From contig NC_042999.1 of assembly GCF_006345805.1 (NCBI RefSeq), positions 142,538,001-142,602,000 on the forward strand: a DNA stretch of 64,000 nt, in the 5' to 3' direction. The stretch is from Octopus sinensis. Its lineage: Eukaryota. The position numbers and the translations under genes are program-made. Shown piece by piece: positions 25,268-38,341 of the stretch (positions are counted from its first letter, which is position 1; every line of letters starts with the position of its first letter). The notes under the pieces are model-generated. The model worked only from the letters and a program-made list of their open reading frames with translations. It was not told the DNA's origin and did not search any database.

Positions 25268-26384
25268 CGACGACGACAACGACAATGACAATGACGATGA
25301 CGATGACAATGATGACGACAACAGTGACAATGACAACGAAGATAACAATGATGACGACGATGGTGATGATGATGATAGTATCATAACACATAGGACAGTA
25401 ACACCTTACTGATATATTTTATGTAAATACAAATAATAGGAATTAATTTTTTTTTACACAACCCTACACAACATATTTCCTATCATATCTTTATGGTTTA
25501 CTGACAATTTTTCATTTATGAAAGACTTGGTAGTTATCTTCCACTTGGGAATTCCAGTGGCCTGCATTGAAAGTGCAATGTAGTATAGTGATTACTATCC
25601 CAAGATAAGTTAATTTATCTTTGTTGACATTGGTTTATAAAATAAGCCAATATCAACATAGACATGATTTTTAAAAATCGCTTATAGCTTTCCGCTAATG
25701 TTCACAACATTATTTCAGCTATGGTTTATTTTATTTATTTCCCTCCAGCAGTTAGATTTCTTCAGCAGATATGAGTTGTACATTCAACCATCACCTCTTA
25801 ATCCTTTCATGGAGCAGTTCTTTGTGTGTCATCACCATTATCATTTTTTTTTTAGCTCTGTGAATTCTAGCGCCTGTCATTTACTGGGTGTTTTAAATGA
25901 CCTACTCAAGGATTCATATGTTATTATTGTTAATTTTTTTTTTAGCGTGATGTTTCATATCTTCTTGTTATATTTTTCTTAATGCTCATATCTTTGATTC
26001 CTCTAGTTTGCCTAACCGACAATTCCATTCTTGCTTCACAGTTCAGTGATTAACAATAGAAAAGGCATCTCAGCTGTAAGAATAATTGTGACAATAAAAG
26101 TCATACTACACATCTCAACACAGAAAAACATAAAAAATTAGATGTAAAACAGCAAAAATAATAATAGTTTGATGGTTTTATAGAACTCACCAGTAACATA
26201 ATTGACATTAGTCATATTAAATGAATAAATAAATTATCATGGAAAATATCTTTGGAAGTTATAGAGAGACTCATATAGCAACATTTGTATGAACTGTGGC
26301 TTGTAATACCAAATTGAAAATACCATATATATAGGAGTGTTAAGAAGATGAATGAATTCTCTTCAGTATAATAAATAATAATAA

Positions 26385-27030
26385 TAAAGTTATTGTGTAT
26401 AGTGCTCAGGTGCACTACAACTCATCAAAGGTGCATGCACAGTACATAGAATTATGTACAAAGGTCAGGAAAGTGAACAGTGTATGAGTCATGATATAAA
26501 GTATGCATACATATGAAGTGGGGATATCAGGTGTAGTGTTGGCGAATTTCAGGAAGCATGGAGGTTTTTAAAGGATGCAATGTCTTGGCAGCTAACAACT
26601 GATGCAGGTAGTTTGTTCCATGCTTCAGCATCTCTGAATAATTTTGTGGGTGTTTACCAAGTCAGTTGCTAGATGTCAGAGCTTCAATGTATCTATGCCC
26701 AGAGAAGCAAAGCATTCAGATTATGGTAGATGCCTGATGGAGGGTATTTGCTTGGTTGCATGTCTCTGAACAGTTTCCAGGAGGTCAATGTCCTGAGCAA
26801 GATAGGAGTTCAAGACTGGTGATGTAAATTCCAAATGTGGCTGCACCATAGCCACATACAGCCTCAAATAGATAACTGGAGAATAGCTGACAGAGGTTTT
26901 GCTGAGTGATGCCAAGACACCCTCAGCCTTCTTGACAACTTTAGAGATGTGCTTGTTGGCACTCTCTCATAATTAAGATATATCTATAAGGAAACATGTA
27001 GAATTAAGTGAGCAGTTCGGATAATGGATA
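26385..27030 (-). mobile_element. CR1-group LINE 3' fragment
   Basis: LRLYVAMVQPHLEFTSPVLNSYLAQDIDLLETVQRHATKQIPSIRHLP (YKSLVRPHLEY..QRRAT motif). Confidence 0.8.
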
Positions 27031-27109
27031 GCACGCTTAATTCTTTATGTACTGAATATTAAAGTGGCTTCCAAGTATCTTCTGTAAATACAATTGACAT
27101 CTAAGGTTT

Positions 27110-27890
27110 CTAGTTATATATATTTTTGTATATATATGTGATGACATGTGTATGTGTGTATGCCTATAAGTATACATATATACACACACACACACATATA
27201 TATATATACACACATATATATGTATATGTATGTATACATGTATGTGTGTATATATATATACACATACATATGTATGTCTACACATACATATGTATGTATG
27301 TATGTATGTATGTATATATGTATATATATACATACATACATACATATATGTATGTATTTGTACATGTATACCTGCGTATGTGTGCAAATAAATACATATG
27401 TGTATGTGAATAGATATATATGTATATATATGTATGTATATGCCCAAAGATAAGAGTGTGTGTGTGTGTGTATGTATGAATACTGAGATGTACACGTACA
27501 TGGATAGATGTGCATGCATATATGTAGACGTATCCATCAACATTTCTTATATATCGCTTATATATCTCTGTATGTATCTGTACGCATGTATGGCCACACA
27601 CACACACACACACACATATACTTAAGGGGTGTACGTGTGCATATATGTGCATTTATGTATGTGTATATGTGTGTGCATGAGGGAACATGCGTGTATATAT
27701 GTATATATGTAAGCTGTGATATATGTGTATGTGTGTGTGGATGCATGTATGTTCATCTCTATATGTATGTATTCATGTATATGAGTATATATGTATGCAT
27801 GTATATATATATATATCTGGATGTGTGTGTATATATATCTATATAAGTACATGTGTGTGTGTGTCTGAGTGCATGAGTACATACAGTGGT
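27110..27890. repeat. Compound (TA/TG/TATG) microsatellite field
   Basis: Direct reading; source of many spurious Y/I/H/T/C/V ORFs. Confidence 0.95.
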
Positions 27891-27893
27891 AGA

Positions 27894-28870
27894 TCTACCA
27901 TAAAACTAAAGAAGTTTAAGCTTCAGGGCCCCAAATCCATAAGGGACCCCTCTGAAGCAACCTAATTGTTTCATTCTGTCGATAATTTTGTTTTTGTATT
28001 TTGCCATGCAGATTGCTGTTACCAGTCTTAGTGGACATCACATCATATTCCTACGCAGAGTCTAAACACGCAGTGTCTAGCCACAATTTGTTCACCTGCT
28101 GTTTCTGCTGGTGTGGAGTAGCATAAAAATAAAAGTACAAACGACTCGCAGATAATTCGCTTTACTTGAATTATTTTGGAAACTTCGGCCCTGCCCCTCC
28201 CATTGTCAAATATATCTACTACTACAACAGCATGATAGAAACAAGAATTCTTATTTTCCCACCATTATTTAATGACCAATGAAAGGGTTTGCCTCCTAAT
28301 TTTGGACTTACAATCTGTTCAGTAACAAAGCATTTTTCTTTTTACTTTAAAAATTGTTTGAATATCACCTTGTACAAAATGAACAATTCTTCATTTATGA
28401 CTATATATTAAGTTGTGGACCCTTAACTTGGTCAATCTGTCTCACTCTAACTAATGAAAATATTACCCTAATTTTTTTTTCACAGAGGTCTAGGCCCCAA
28501 GAGGAATAGCAATGTCCTCAAGAAAGTAATTAAGTAGATAGCAGAAATGGCAACTCAAGGAAAAGCAATCTAACGAAATTTATAAGTGTCAGAAACTATC
28601 AAACTATTTTACAATGTCAAGTAAAAGTTTGTCATCACCTGAAACCGAAACAAGCCATACAAGCACCAGTGAAATCAATGATAGGGCACAAACCATGAGT
28701 GATTTGTTTAGCAATAATCAACCTACTGTTGACACTTTTGGTGCAGATGATGATCACGGTGGTCAAGAAATTCAAGAAAAGAGAGACGAGAAACAGGAAG
28801 CAAATTTTGTGATTTCAATTTCGATGACTGGCATCTGTACTAGTGGAGCGCTAAGAGTACCATACGAGCG
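27894..28870 (+). mobile_element. Probable hAT-type DNA transposon 5' portion with decayed transposase start
   Basis: Starts CAGTGGTAGATCTACC (hAT-like terminus). Contains an acceptor-like ttttttcacag at ~28475-28485 and a disrupted low-complexity ORF (MATQGK/SNLTKFI...; ORF from 28614). No catalytic motif is visible. Confidence 0.4.
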
Positions 28871-28884
28871 TTATTGTTGCCAGA

Positions 28885-29300
28885 GTAACATGCTGGCCTC
28901 CATGCCGATGGCACGTAAAAAGCACCATTTGAGCGTGATCGTTACCTGCCTCACCTTACTGGCACTTGTGCTGTTGGCACATGAAAAAACATTCGAGCGA
29001 GGTTGTTGCCAATGCCACTGGACTGGCTCCTGTGTAGGTGGCACTAAAAAGCACCATTTAAGTGTGGCCACTGCCAGTACTGCCTGACTGGCCCTCGTGC
29101 CGGTGGCATGTAAAAGCACCCACTACACTCTTGGAGTGGTTGGCGTTAGGAAGGGCACCAAGCTGTAGAAAATCTGCCAGATCAGATTAGAGTCTAGTGC
29201 AGCTATCTGGTTTGCCAGACCTCAATCAAATCGTTCAACCCATGCTAGCATGGAAAGCGGACGTTAAACGTTGACGATGATGATGATGATGATGATGATA
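28885..29300 (+). mobile_element. RTE-family 3' UTR fragment
   Basis: gccgatggcacgtaaaaagcacc repeats, terminus gcatggaaagcggacgttaaacg(atg)n. Confidence 0.8.
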
Positions 29301-30090
29301 TATGTATATGTATATATTTCGGTTTTGGATTTGGTCTGCAAGACGCAATGAAAATTTTAGGAAAATAAAAATAAGAAATAAGTGGAAATTTTTCCGGTGA
29401 GTGTGTTACATAATAAGGCACAAAAAGAAAATGACTCTCCCCAGACACAACAGTATATGTATATATATATATATATATACGTATGTGTTAATGTGCATAC
29501 ACATTAATATGTTTGTGCATATACATATATGTGCATATATGCATATATTTATATATGCACAGATATGTGTGTGCATGTGGATGTATATATGTGTGTAAGT
29601 ATATGAGATCATCTCTGTGCATTTATATTGATGTACGGATGAATGTATGTACATGTGCATATGTATGCGAGTGTACTCACATATATACAAATTTTTTAAA
29701 CTGTATTTATACCTTATAAACGTACATTACATTCTTACTTTATTTATATTTAAATTTCCTCTATCATCTCTATTTAATTTATTCATTTATTACCCTAATT
29801 CTATTTACCTGCTCTATCTTATCCCCAATCACTCTGCAAACCCCTCGCCCAAACACACAGAAATACAAATCATAAACAGTATCATTCAGTCTGCTCTATT
29901 GAAACCATAAACATATATAAAACATCCAAGGGTATATATTTTTTTCCCTCTGAAGATATGCTCAGCGCATATGAATTCAATATTTAATTAATTCACTGAG
30001 TATTGATTGAAACAGCTGTAAAGGATGATGATTTATTTGTTGTTAATAATAAACAATTATTAACTTCCCAATCTTCATTTTCTTTGTCTT

Positions 30091-30124
<34 letters not shown>

Positions 30125-30930
30125 TTTAATAAGGAGGAAGGACTACTTTTCTTGACCTTAGCAAGCATCCCACTCTGACAAGATTGATGTAGTTCAAAGT
30201 ACAGTTGATATCTGTGTGAAAAATAAAGGCAAGGAAGGAATTCCTGTGAGTTTATGTTCTGAGGGAAAAGTACTAAAAAGTAGGGGTTAGTGTTGGGCAT
30301 GGACATTAGGACAGTAAGTGTGACGAGGAAGACAGGCAGATAGATAGATAGGAGTAAGCAAGGATGGAAGTGATACAGAACTAAATGTCTGCCTTTGTCA
30401 AGACCATCAGTAGAAATCAGCTCAGCAGGAGTTCATCACCATTCAATGGTTATCTCACATAAAAATCATTGACTTCATTAATTTATCCATTTATAAAATG
30501 TCAGTTAATTGACTTTTATTTTCATATCAAAGAGTTAACAGGATTCGAAGGTTGAATAATTGAATAATTTAATAAATAATTGAATGAAAAAAAAAAAAGA
30601 ATGAAATGAAATGAATGAAAGAACAATAAATTAATGAAGGAGAAATATAAATGAATGAATGACTTCATTTATAAAGTGTTGCTGCTGCTTAATGTCAGAA
30701 AGGTTATGCTGTGACATTGTGAGGGTACAATAGATTTGAGTTCAAGATATGAAAATTAGCATGTAATCAATGAACAGTGACAGATGTGGTTGTTTTTCGA
30801 AGTGGAAGGAGTAGGAATTATAGGAACAAATGGTCCATAATGGGGAGTCATTTTAATAATACCAACCAAGTTTAAAATAAAGATATTAAAGAGAAAGAGA
30901 AAGTCTTTTCACTATATCTTCAGTTTAGAC

Positions 30931-31426
30931 CAGAGTTGGGGAAACTCCTACCTGCAGGCACAATTGTGCCCACGAGTCCATTTTATTGCACCCGCAGGCT
31001 GGTATATTCATATGTACAAAACATAGTCAATTTTTCAATTATAAAATTTATACAATACTTGTATGCCTCTTTCTGACATAGGTTGCGTTTCCACTACGAC
31101 TTAAAACGGTTAGATTGGAACAGAAATCGTCCGGCAATTGCCATTTGACTGGAAATTTTTGTTTACACTATAAAACTCATATTGCTAGGTTTGTACCACC
31201 CACTTGAGACCCAACTACACGCTAGCTGAAAAATATAGTATCAATCATAAGTAAGATAAACGTCCTAAATTCAGTGGTAGTATTAATGATGTTATGCTTT
31301 AATTTAATGCGTTAAACTTAACTTTATTAATGTATTTCGAATTATACATAGATATATGCAAGATTTACACAGATCTTTTTCTTTGGAAATGTTTGCCTGC
31401 CACACCAGAAAGTTTCTTCACCCCTG
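30931..31426. mobile_element. Non-autonomous hAT-like element with imperfect 16-bp TIRs
   Basis: Left CAGAGTTGGGGAAACT versus reverse complement of right end CAGGGGTGAAGAAACT (12/16). No 8-bp TSD. Confidence 0.55.
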
Positions 31427-32936
31427 ATGTAATCAATGAACAGTGACAAATGTGGTTGTTTTTCAAAGTGGAAGGAGTAGAAATTATAGGAAAACAGGTT
31501 CATAATGGAGAGTCATTTTAATAATACCAAGCAAGTCAAAAATAAAGATATTACAATGTAATGTGATAGAGAAAGAGATTGTTAGTTCATGATTCATGAA
31601 TTCAACCATTAAGGTTTTATTATATTTCTGGACAGGATACTTTAATCTGTGTTGCCTCAGTTTGTCTAGCTATCAGGAATAGGAGTCAGCTCATCTGGGA
31701 ATTTTATCTTCAATGATATAAAACTAAATACCAGTAGTTGGTTGACAAGGCACTTTTCAAGGGATGGCAGGTGTCTTCATTTCCTATTGAAGTTGGCTGC
31801 TGTGGCTTTCCTGCCAGACTGATGCACTCTTTCCTGCAGAAGATTGGTCTGAAACACAGACAAATGAAGAAAGCCACCTGGGAAATTGGTATGACAGCTG
31901 AAACCAGCTCAAGGTGACTGTGGTGGGCAAGAGACCACAAATGGAACCCTTATGCAAGTGAAGATGAATTCAGTCCTTGCTGACCCACCCAAGCATGATG
32001 TACAAGCCAAAAGGTGAAATGTTTGTGTCCCTGAGATCCCTGCTGATAATACTGAAGGGTTTCCAACATTGCAATGCATTTAGAAAAAGAGCTTGCAATA
32101 CCTCTGAGTAGTTCCTGCATTTTCACTTGGGGAAGATATCTCTGATGTTTATTTCACCTAGATGAGTTAATATTCTGTCCAAAGAAGACTAATGTCTTTT
32201 CAGCTTCAAGCCAAGAAATTAGTCCAAAGCATTAATTTCTGAGCATCTCTCAAGCTTTGGTAGACAGTTACATTATTTTTTTCAATTTCATGTTCTGCTA
32301 AATAAATTTTACTCTAGAAACAAGTATTGTGTGATATTTGCACGACTTATTTAGAAATTCCTTTAAAACACTTAAGCATATTGAATATATATCTACAGCA
32401 AAAAAAGGTTTGTTCATGTAAGTGCAGAAGAGCTGTTCCTTAATTATCTACATTACTACAACACCAACCCAACTCAATATTTACATAGAATTTGAATAAA
32501 ACATACATATATTAAAAACAAAACTAAAAATCCCCAACAAAAACAAAGAATTTGAATAAACATGAATAAGGAAATGAATAAACGTCTAAATACACAACTA
32601 ACTGATACTGATTTCACATGCAGTCATTAAATTCAAATGTATTGTTTGTTTTCAGCTTCAATAGCATACTTTTTACATTTCCAATTACACACTTCTTTTG
32701 ACAAATGGTATTATGAATAGTTTTCAGCTTATGTAATTACCTGAATAATGAGGTGGTGACAATTTCAGTTAGAATCACAAATGAAACATTTAATAGCCTT
32801 CTTTTCCCTTCCATTCTGATGATATGATCCTCCACTACAAGCTATGAAGTGGCATATGGATGATTTAAACAAGTAAATTATCCAGTTTCAGTGGCTTGCC
32901 TTTTGCTACCGAATCTGTTCTGGAAATATTTACAAA

Positions 32937-33297
32937 ACAAGATCACTCAGAGAGTGCAAAGCTCCGCCAAGGCAACACCAACATCCTCTCAACAATTAGC
33001 CAAAGATTACTTTTAAAATGAGAATATCTGAAATAAACTTGACTACTCTCACAAGCGAGAATACTAAAAATGAACTTGACCACTCTCAAAAATTGTGTAA
33101 AAAAAACAAAAAAAAAAACAGGTAAAATAATCCAGAATCCTTGTTCTAATCAGTTCATGCCAGTCATGAGGCTAAACATCCCTGAAAGTTTCATCCGAAT
33201 CCATCCAGTGGTTCTTGAGATATCTTCTTCACAGACAAACAAACAAACACAACTGAAAACAACACCTCTACCTTTGCTTAAGGCAGAGGTAAAAAAG
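32937..33297 (+). mobile_element. Helentron-associated (HINE/DINE-1/pearl-like) non-autonomous element
   Basis: Subterminal ctccgcc / ggcagag inverted motif, (CAAA)n core and 3' hairpin acctctacctttgcttaaggcagaggt; family assignment is inference. Confidence 0.5.
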
Positions 33298-33334
33298 TAA
33301 GCTTCTTTATAAAATAACTCAGATATATAGTCTA

Positions 33335-33564
33335 ACTGTTTTGCTAGCAATGCATCTGAGACCACCACTGATTCTGTGATATAAACTTCTTGATTTAAAA
33401 TTATCTAAATTAAAATTTTCCATCAAAATTTTGTCCTAATTAATGTTCCGAACACTAGCTTAATAATAACAAAGTTATTTTACTAAGTTCTTCATTATTT
33501 TCAAAATTAATTGAAGCAAAGCAGTGTATGTCAACAAGAATATGTATGAAAACAAAAGGGTTAA
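33335..33564. mobile_element. MITE with AAAAGGG|TTAA right end (piggyBac-like); left end decayed
   Basis: aaaagggttaa at 33554-33564; AT-rich body. Confidence 0.4.
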
Positions 33565-33644
33565 ATGACAGCTATGTCTTAGTTTCGTTTATTAACAGCA
33601 AAAATGTGAAATACAAATAGCAAACAAGAAATATTAGACATTAC

Positions 33645-33805
33645 TTTGTGGCAAAAAGTTTGCTTCCTATCCATATGGTTTAAGGTTCAGTCCCACTGTA
33701 TGGCACATAGGGTAGGTGTCTTCTAATGTAGCCTGGTCAATTACAGCCTTTTGAATGGATTTGGCAGATGGAAACTGAAAGAAACCTGTTATAGATATCA
33801 TCATC

Positions 33806-33843
<38 letters not shown>

Positions 33844-33925
33844 TACATACATACATACATACATACATACATACATACATACATACATACATACATACAT
33901 ACATACATACATACATACATACATG
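33645..33925 (+). mobile_element. tRNA-derived SINE head plus (CA)n(CATA)n
   Basis: ggtttaaggttcagtcccactg...ggaaactgaaagaaacc. Confidence 0.7.
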
Positions 33926-34439
33926 CATATTTTCGTCTCATTCTGGTCTAACGACCCTCCATGTTTGTTTTCGTTTGGTTTCCTTGTATGTCTCCACTGT
34001 CCTGTTTTTGATACCAACTTTGACTCTCCATAAATCCTAAATTTTATTTTGGAATTTATGGAAGTAACTTTCTTTGAAGACTCATATTGTCATTGAATGC
34101 TCGAAATGAGGAGTAGATAGACAGCTGACAACTGATGAAGGGTCATTCTCTGTGTTTACTTGTCCTGTTTTCCATTTTTTTCTCTTGTTGTTTGCATATT
34201 TAACTCGTTTGTTTTCGTATTTCATGTTGTTTAAACAGTTTGTGATGTCCTGTACCCATATATGCATATATATATATATATTATTCATATTATTACATAT
34301 ATAACCTTCAAAGGTAATAATTATTAAAATTATGGTGGTTTGAGAGTCAGATCATGGCTGCTATTTTCAGCATGGTGGTATCTTGTAGATACCCTAATTT
34401 ATAATTTTATATATATATATTTATGTATGCATGTATAAT

Positions 34440-34700
34440 GGGCTTCTGTTCCATTTCCATTTCCATTTCCATCAGCCAAATTTATTCACAAGGCTTTGGT
34501 CAGCCTGTGGCTATTGTGCAATATACACTTTCCCAAAGTACTGCACAGTGGATTTGAACCTGAAATCATAAGGCTGGAAAGCAAAATATCTGTTCCTTTG
34601 ACCAATTTATGTATGCTATTTACTTTTGTGGAACCACTAATGTATGGGGATGTAAATAAACCAACAGCAGTTATGAAGCAGGGTAGGGAATAAACACAGA
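34440..34700 (-). mobile_element. SINE remnant
   Basis: cacaaggctttggtcagcc...gtggatttgaacctgaaatc is the reverse of the SINE head. Confidence 0.6.
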
Positions 34701-34721
34701 TACAAGGACAAACATACACTA

Positions 34722-34753
<32 letters not shown>

Positions 34754-34804
34754 ATAACAAAAGGTAAAAGGATTGATAGACCTTTGACATTATAGTGTGT
34801 TTGA

Positions 34805-35041
34805 GAAGAAAACCCATCAAGCTGAACAAATTCAGTCATGGCAGATACCAGTGTCATGCAAATGGCACCCATACAGGTAGCATGTAAAAGCACTCATTAC
34901 ACTCTCAGAGTGGTTGGTGTTAGGAAGGACATCCAGCTGTAGAAAACCTTGCCAAATCAGACTGGATCCTGGTGCCACCTTCCAGCGTGCCAGCCCAATC
35001 AAACCATCCAACCAATGTTAGCATGGACAATGAACGTTAAA

Positions 35042-35070
<29 letters not shown>
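34805..35070 (+). mobile_element. RTE-family 3' UTR fragment
   Basis: gtggttggtgttaggaaggacatccagctgtag...gcatggacaatgaacgttaaatg. Confidence 0.75.
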
Positions 35071-35073
<3 letters not shown>

Positions 35074-35809
35074 AAATCCAGGTTGATATCTAGACGGCAC
35101 TGTGTTAAACAAACTTGGTTAACTGTATCATACAATCAGATATCATCGATAGATGCAAGTAGAATTAACATCCAAGGGAATTCCTCATGTATGACAAGTA
35201 AATTGAAATATTGCTTAGAAGAATTTAAATAAATGCTGAGTAATTAACAACATAAACAAGAATGGAGAAAACCACATCTTTAATTGATGATTACACCATA
35301 CATTACCAATGATCATTTCTATTTTGTGCCAGTATATGTAGATATAGAAAAACAATACAAAATACGATCAAATCAAAATATCTAAAACTATATGCTAACC
35401 TGCACAGTTTCCATCTACCAAATTCACAAACACAGCATTGATTGGTCTGGGGCTATGGTAGAAGGCACTTGCCTAAAGTGTTACACAGTGGGACTGAACC
35501 TGAAACCATGTGTTTGAAAAGCAAGCTTCTTAGCCAAGCCACACTGTCATGTTTGCAACTGGTTTAGAACAGAAATTAACCACATGCTGTGTTTTTCTCA
35601 TCTACAAATGATCATTTAATTTTCTATTGATGTGATATCTCATTGTTGTGAGTATGAAAATAAGAGCAAGTGCATTCATGTTTGTATTGATGATGTTGCT
35701 TAACCCCAGGTCGATCCTTATCCAGCTGACTTATGAACAAAGAATGAGTGGCATTCCAACCATAACCATCCTGTCTTTTTAGGGATATCTGTGACTGCAT
35801 CATCTAATG

Positions 35810-36026
35810 CAGTGGTTCTCAACTGGGGCCCATATGGCCTCTGGGGGTTGTATTTCTACAATACGTAAAATATTTTAACAATTTTTAAAATTATAATTCT
35901 TAACAATATTTAATTACAAAAATATAATATGATTCTTTCAAAACATTGAATGACTGACTATGAAGATCCACCAACTGAAATAGGAATCAAAGGGGTCTAT
36001 AAGCAAAATATGGTTGAGAAATACTG
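35810..36026. mobile_element. hAT (Charlie/MER5-like) MITE with a perfect 8-bp TSD
   Basis: TIRs CAGTGGTTCTCAAC / GTTGAGAAATACTG; TSD ATCTAATG at 35802-35809 and 36027-36034. Confidence 0.9.
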
Positions 36027-38284
36027 ATCTAATGTATCCTTCCCTTTTTTTTTTTTTTAAGCTTGCAGAGTTTTATATGAGGGTGTTTTGAGATTTGCTT
36101 GCTATTGCTTGCAAGTTCAGAGACTGTGTGTGTGTGTCCGTGCGTGCATGCGTGTGTATGTCTGTGTGTTTGAGTGTGTGTTTGTTTGTTTGAGTATGTG
36201 TGCATTTGCTTGTTTGAGTGTGTGAGTGTGTTTGTTTGTTTGAGTATGTGTGTGTATGTGCATGTATGGTGTGTGATTATGCATATGCAATTTATAATGA
36301 TGTGAAATGTATTGTGTTATGTTTTGCTGTTCATTGTGTTAAGTTAATGAAAGGAACATTGAGAAACTGTCAGATGTAGTTTGGGTTTTTGGTGAATTTA
36401 CGTTGTGGTTTCTATATTTTGGGTCAAATATTGTATCTTTAAGGGTTTATTTACAATGTGTTTAACTTTGGTTTGCTGTGTCATAATTGAAGATATACTT
36501 TATGTTCATATGGAATTTTAGGCTTGTTGAGTGTGTTGCTGGTGACTAACGATTGTTTCATGTTACCTTTAGTTGAACCAGGTTTCTCTCATTTAGAATT
36601 TATAGTTGGAAACGAAGAGTTGTGTGACTGAGAAGTTGTAGCAGTGGTAATTGAGATATCTTTGACAGATTCTATATGTATATTGGAAGAAAGAGGTTGG
36701 ATATTGTGCATGTATAGATAGAACAGAGAGGGAGATGAAAGTCAAATTTTTAGCACCTACTTTTGGAACAGTATGGATCCAGGAGGTTGTGTTGTTATAT
36801 TTAATGCATACTCAGAATTCTGATAAGTTGTTAACCAATTATCTAAATAGTTAAGTGTTATTTTTATAAGTAAAGATAATAGCTTGAATTATAAAGACTT
36901 ATATTTTGTGATGTTGTGAAAGGCAAAGACTATTACTCTCTGTTCCATTTATTAGATAACGAAGTAATTAAGATGCAAGTTATCATTAATCTCTGATGAA
37001 AAAAATTTGACAATTAAAATTGGTTATTATGAATTTGCTATTATAACATTGTCAAAACATATAATCAACACAAACAGTTTACAAATTTCATGTAATACTC
37101 CACCCCATGGCTTTAAGCTAATTTAATGATGTGGCTTTTACTTAAAAATTATTTTAAAAACTTGTTTTTTGTGCTTTTTTACTGAATAATTTAAAAAGTA
37201 ATGTAATTTTTTATCAAGATTTCTTTAAATTTTATAATATAAACCTATTTGAGAAAATGAGCTTTAACAAGCACATTGCATCAAATTATGAAAGCCATGC
37301 TTGAATTAAAACCAAATAAATTGAATAATTTTGTTGGTTGATTATATAGGCAGTGTTTCATGGCATGATGATAATCAGTGATTTATTTCTCATTAATGAT
37401 TGATTAGAAATATGTCCTATAATTTTATAATTCCACCATCAGCTGTATTATATACTGATTTCTTCAAATTGCTCTCATATATGCATCCCAAATAATTCTG
37501 TAATATAGGGAATCATAATGACTGAAAAGATAAAGTGTTGGCTACTCATCTGAGAAATTCTGAGTTCATATCCTATAACAGATATCATGTTGTTCTTGGG
37601 CTATAAGAACCTAATCATTCTGTTCCATTCATTAGGCAACAGAGTAATTAAGAATAACACATTAATTTGCTATGCAAGTATGGTAATGAGTGCTTAAATA
37701 ATGGTGGTGGTGGTTGTGGTGGTGGTTGAGGTGGTGGTTGCAATTATGGTGGTGGTGGTGGTGGTTGAAGTGGAGATCAAGATATGTATTTGAATTTGTC
37801 CATATTCAGTCAACCTTGTCAAGCCATCATCTTTTATAACTCTAGTTCTCTCCCATAATGCTGTTTGTGTAACAGATCTGTCCATATTAAATTCTCACTA
37901 TTGCTACCCTTCTTTATTGCTACCCATCATTCACTTCCTCTCTCTTGCTCTCCCCCTCTCTCTTTTTCTCTTAGCCTCACCCATCTTTAATGTTAACCAT
38001 CACTCTCTCTCACAGTATTCTTCCAACTCATTGTTGATATATGTCATTCTTCCTCACTCTCAAAGCTCTTACTTCCATTACTCTTGCTACTATCACACTG
38101 TCTCTGTCCTATCACTCTCTCCACCAATCATACAATGTCTGCTGTTTTTCTATTTAATCACCTTACCAACAACCAACATGTAGCTGCCTAATCTCTTCCA
38201 TTACTACCTCTTCTTCTCCGATTTTGTTCCTATCACTTTTCCCACTGTTATAATCTCTTCTATCACCAACTTATATATATATAA

Positions 38285-38341
<57 letters not shown>

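Noticed and set aside
27037-27965. Long Y/I/H/T/C/V-rich ORFs (also near 24.8, 29.4, 50 and 55 kb)
   Set aside because: Dinucleotide and tetranucleotide microsatellite artefacts.
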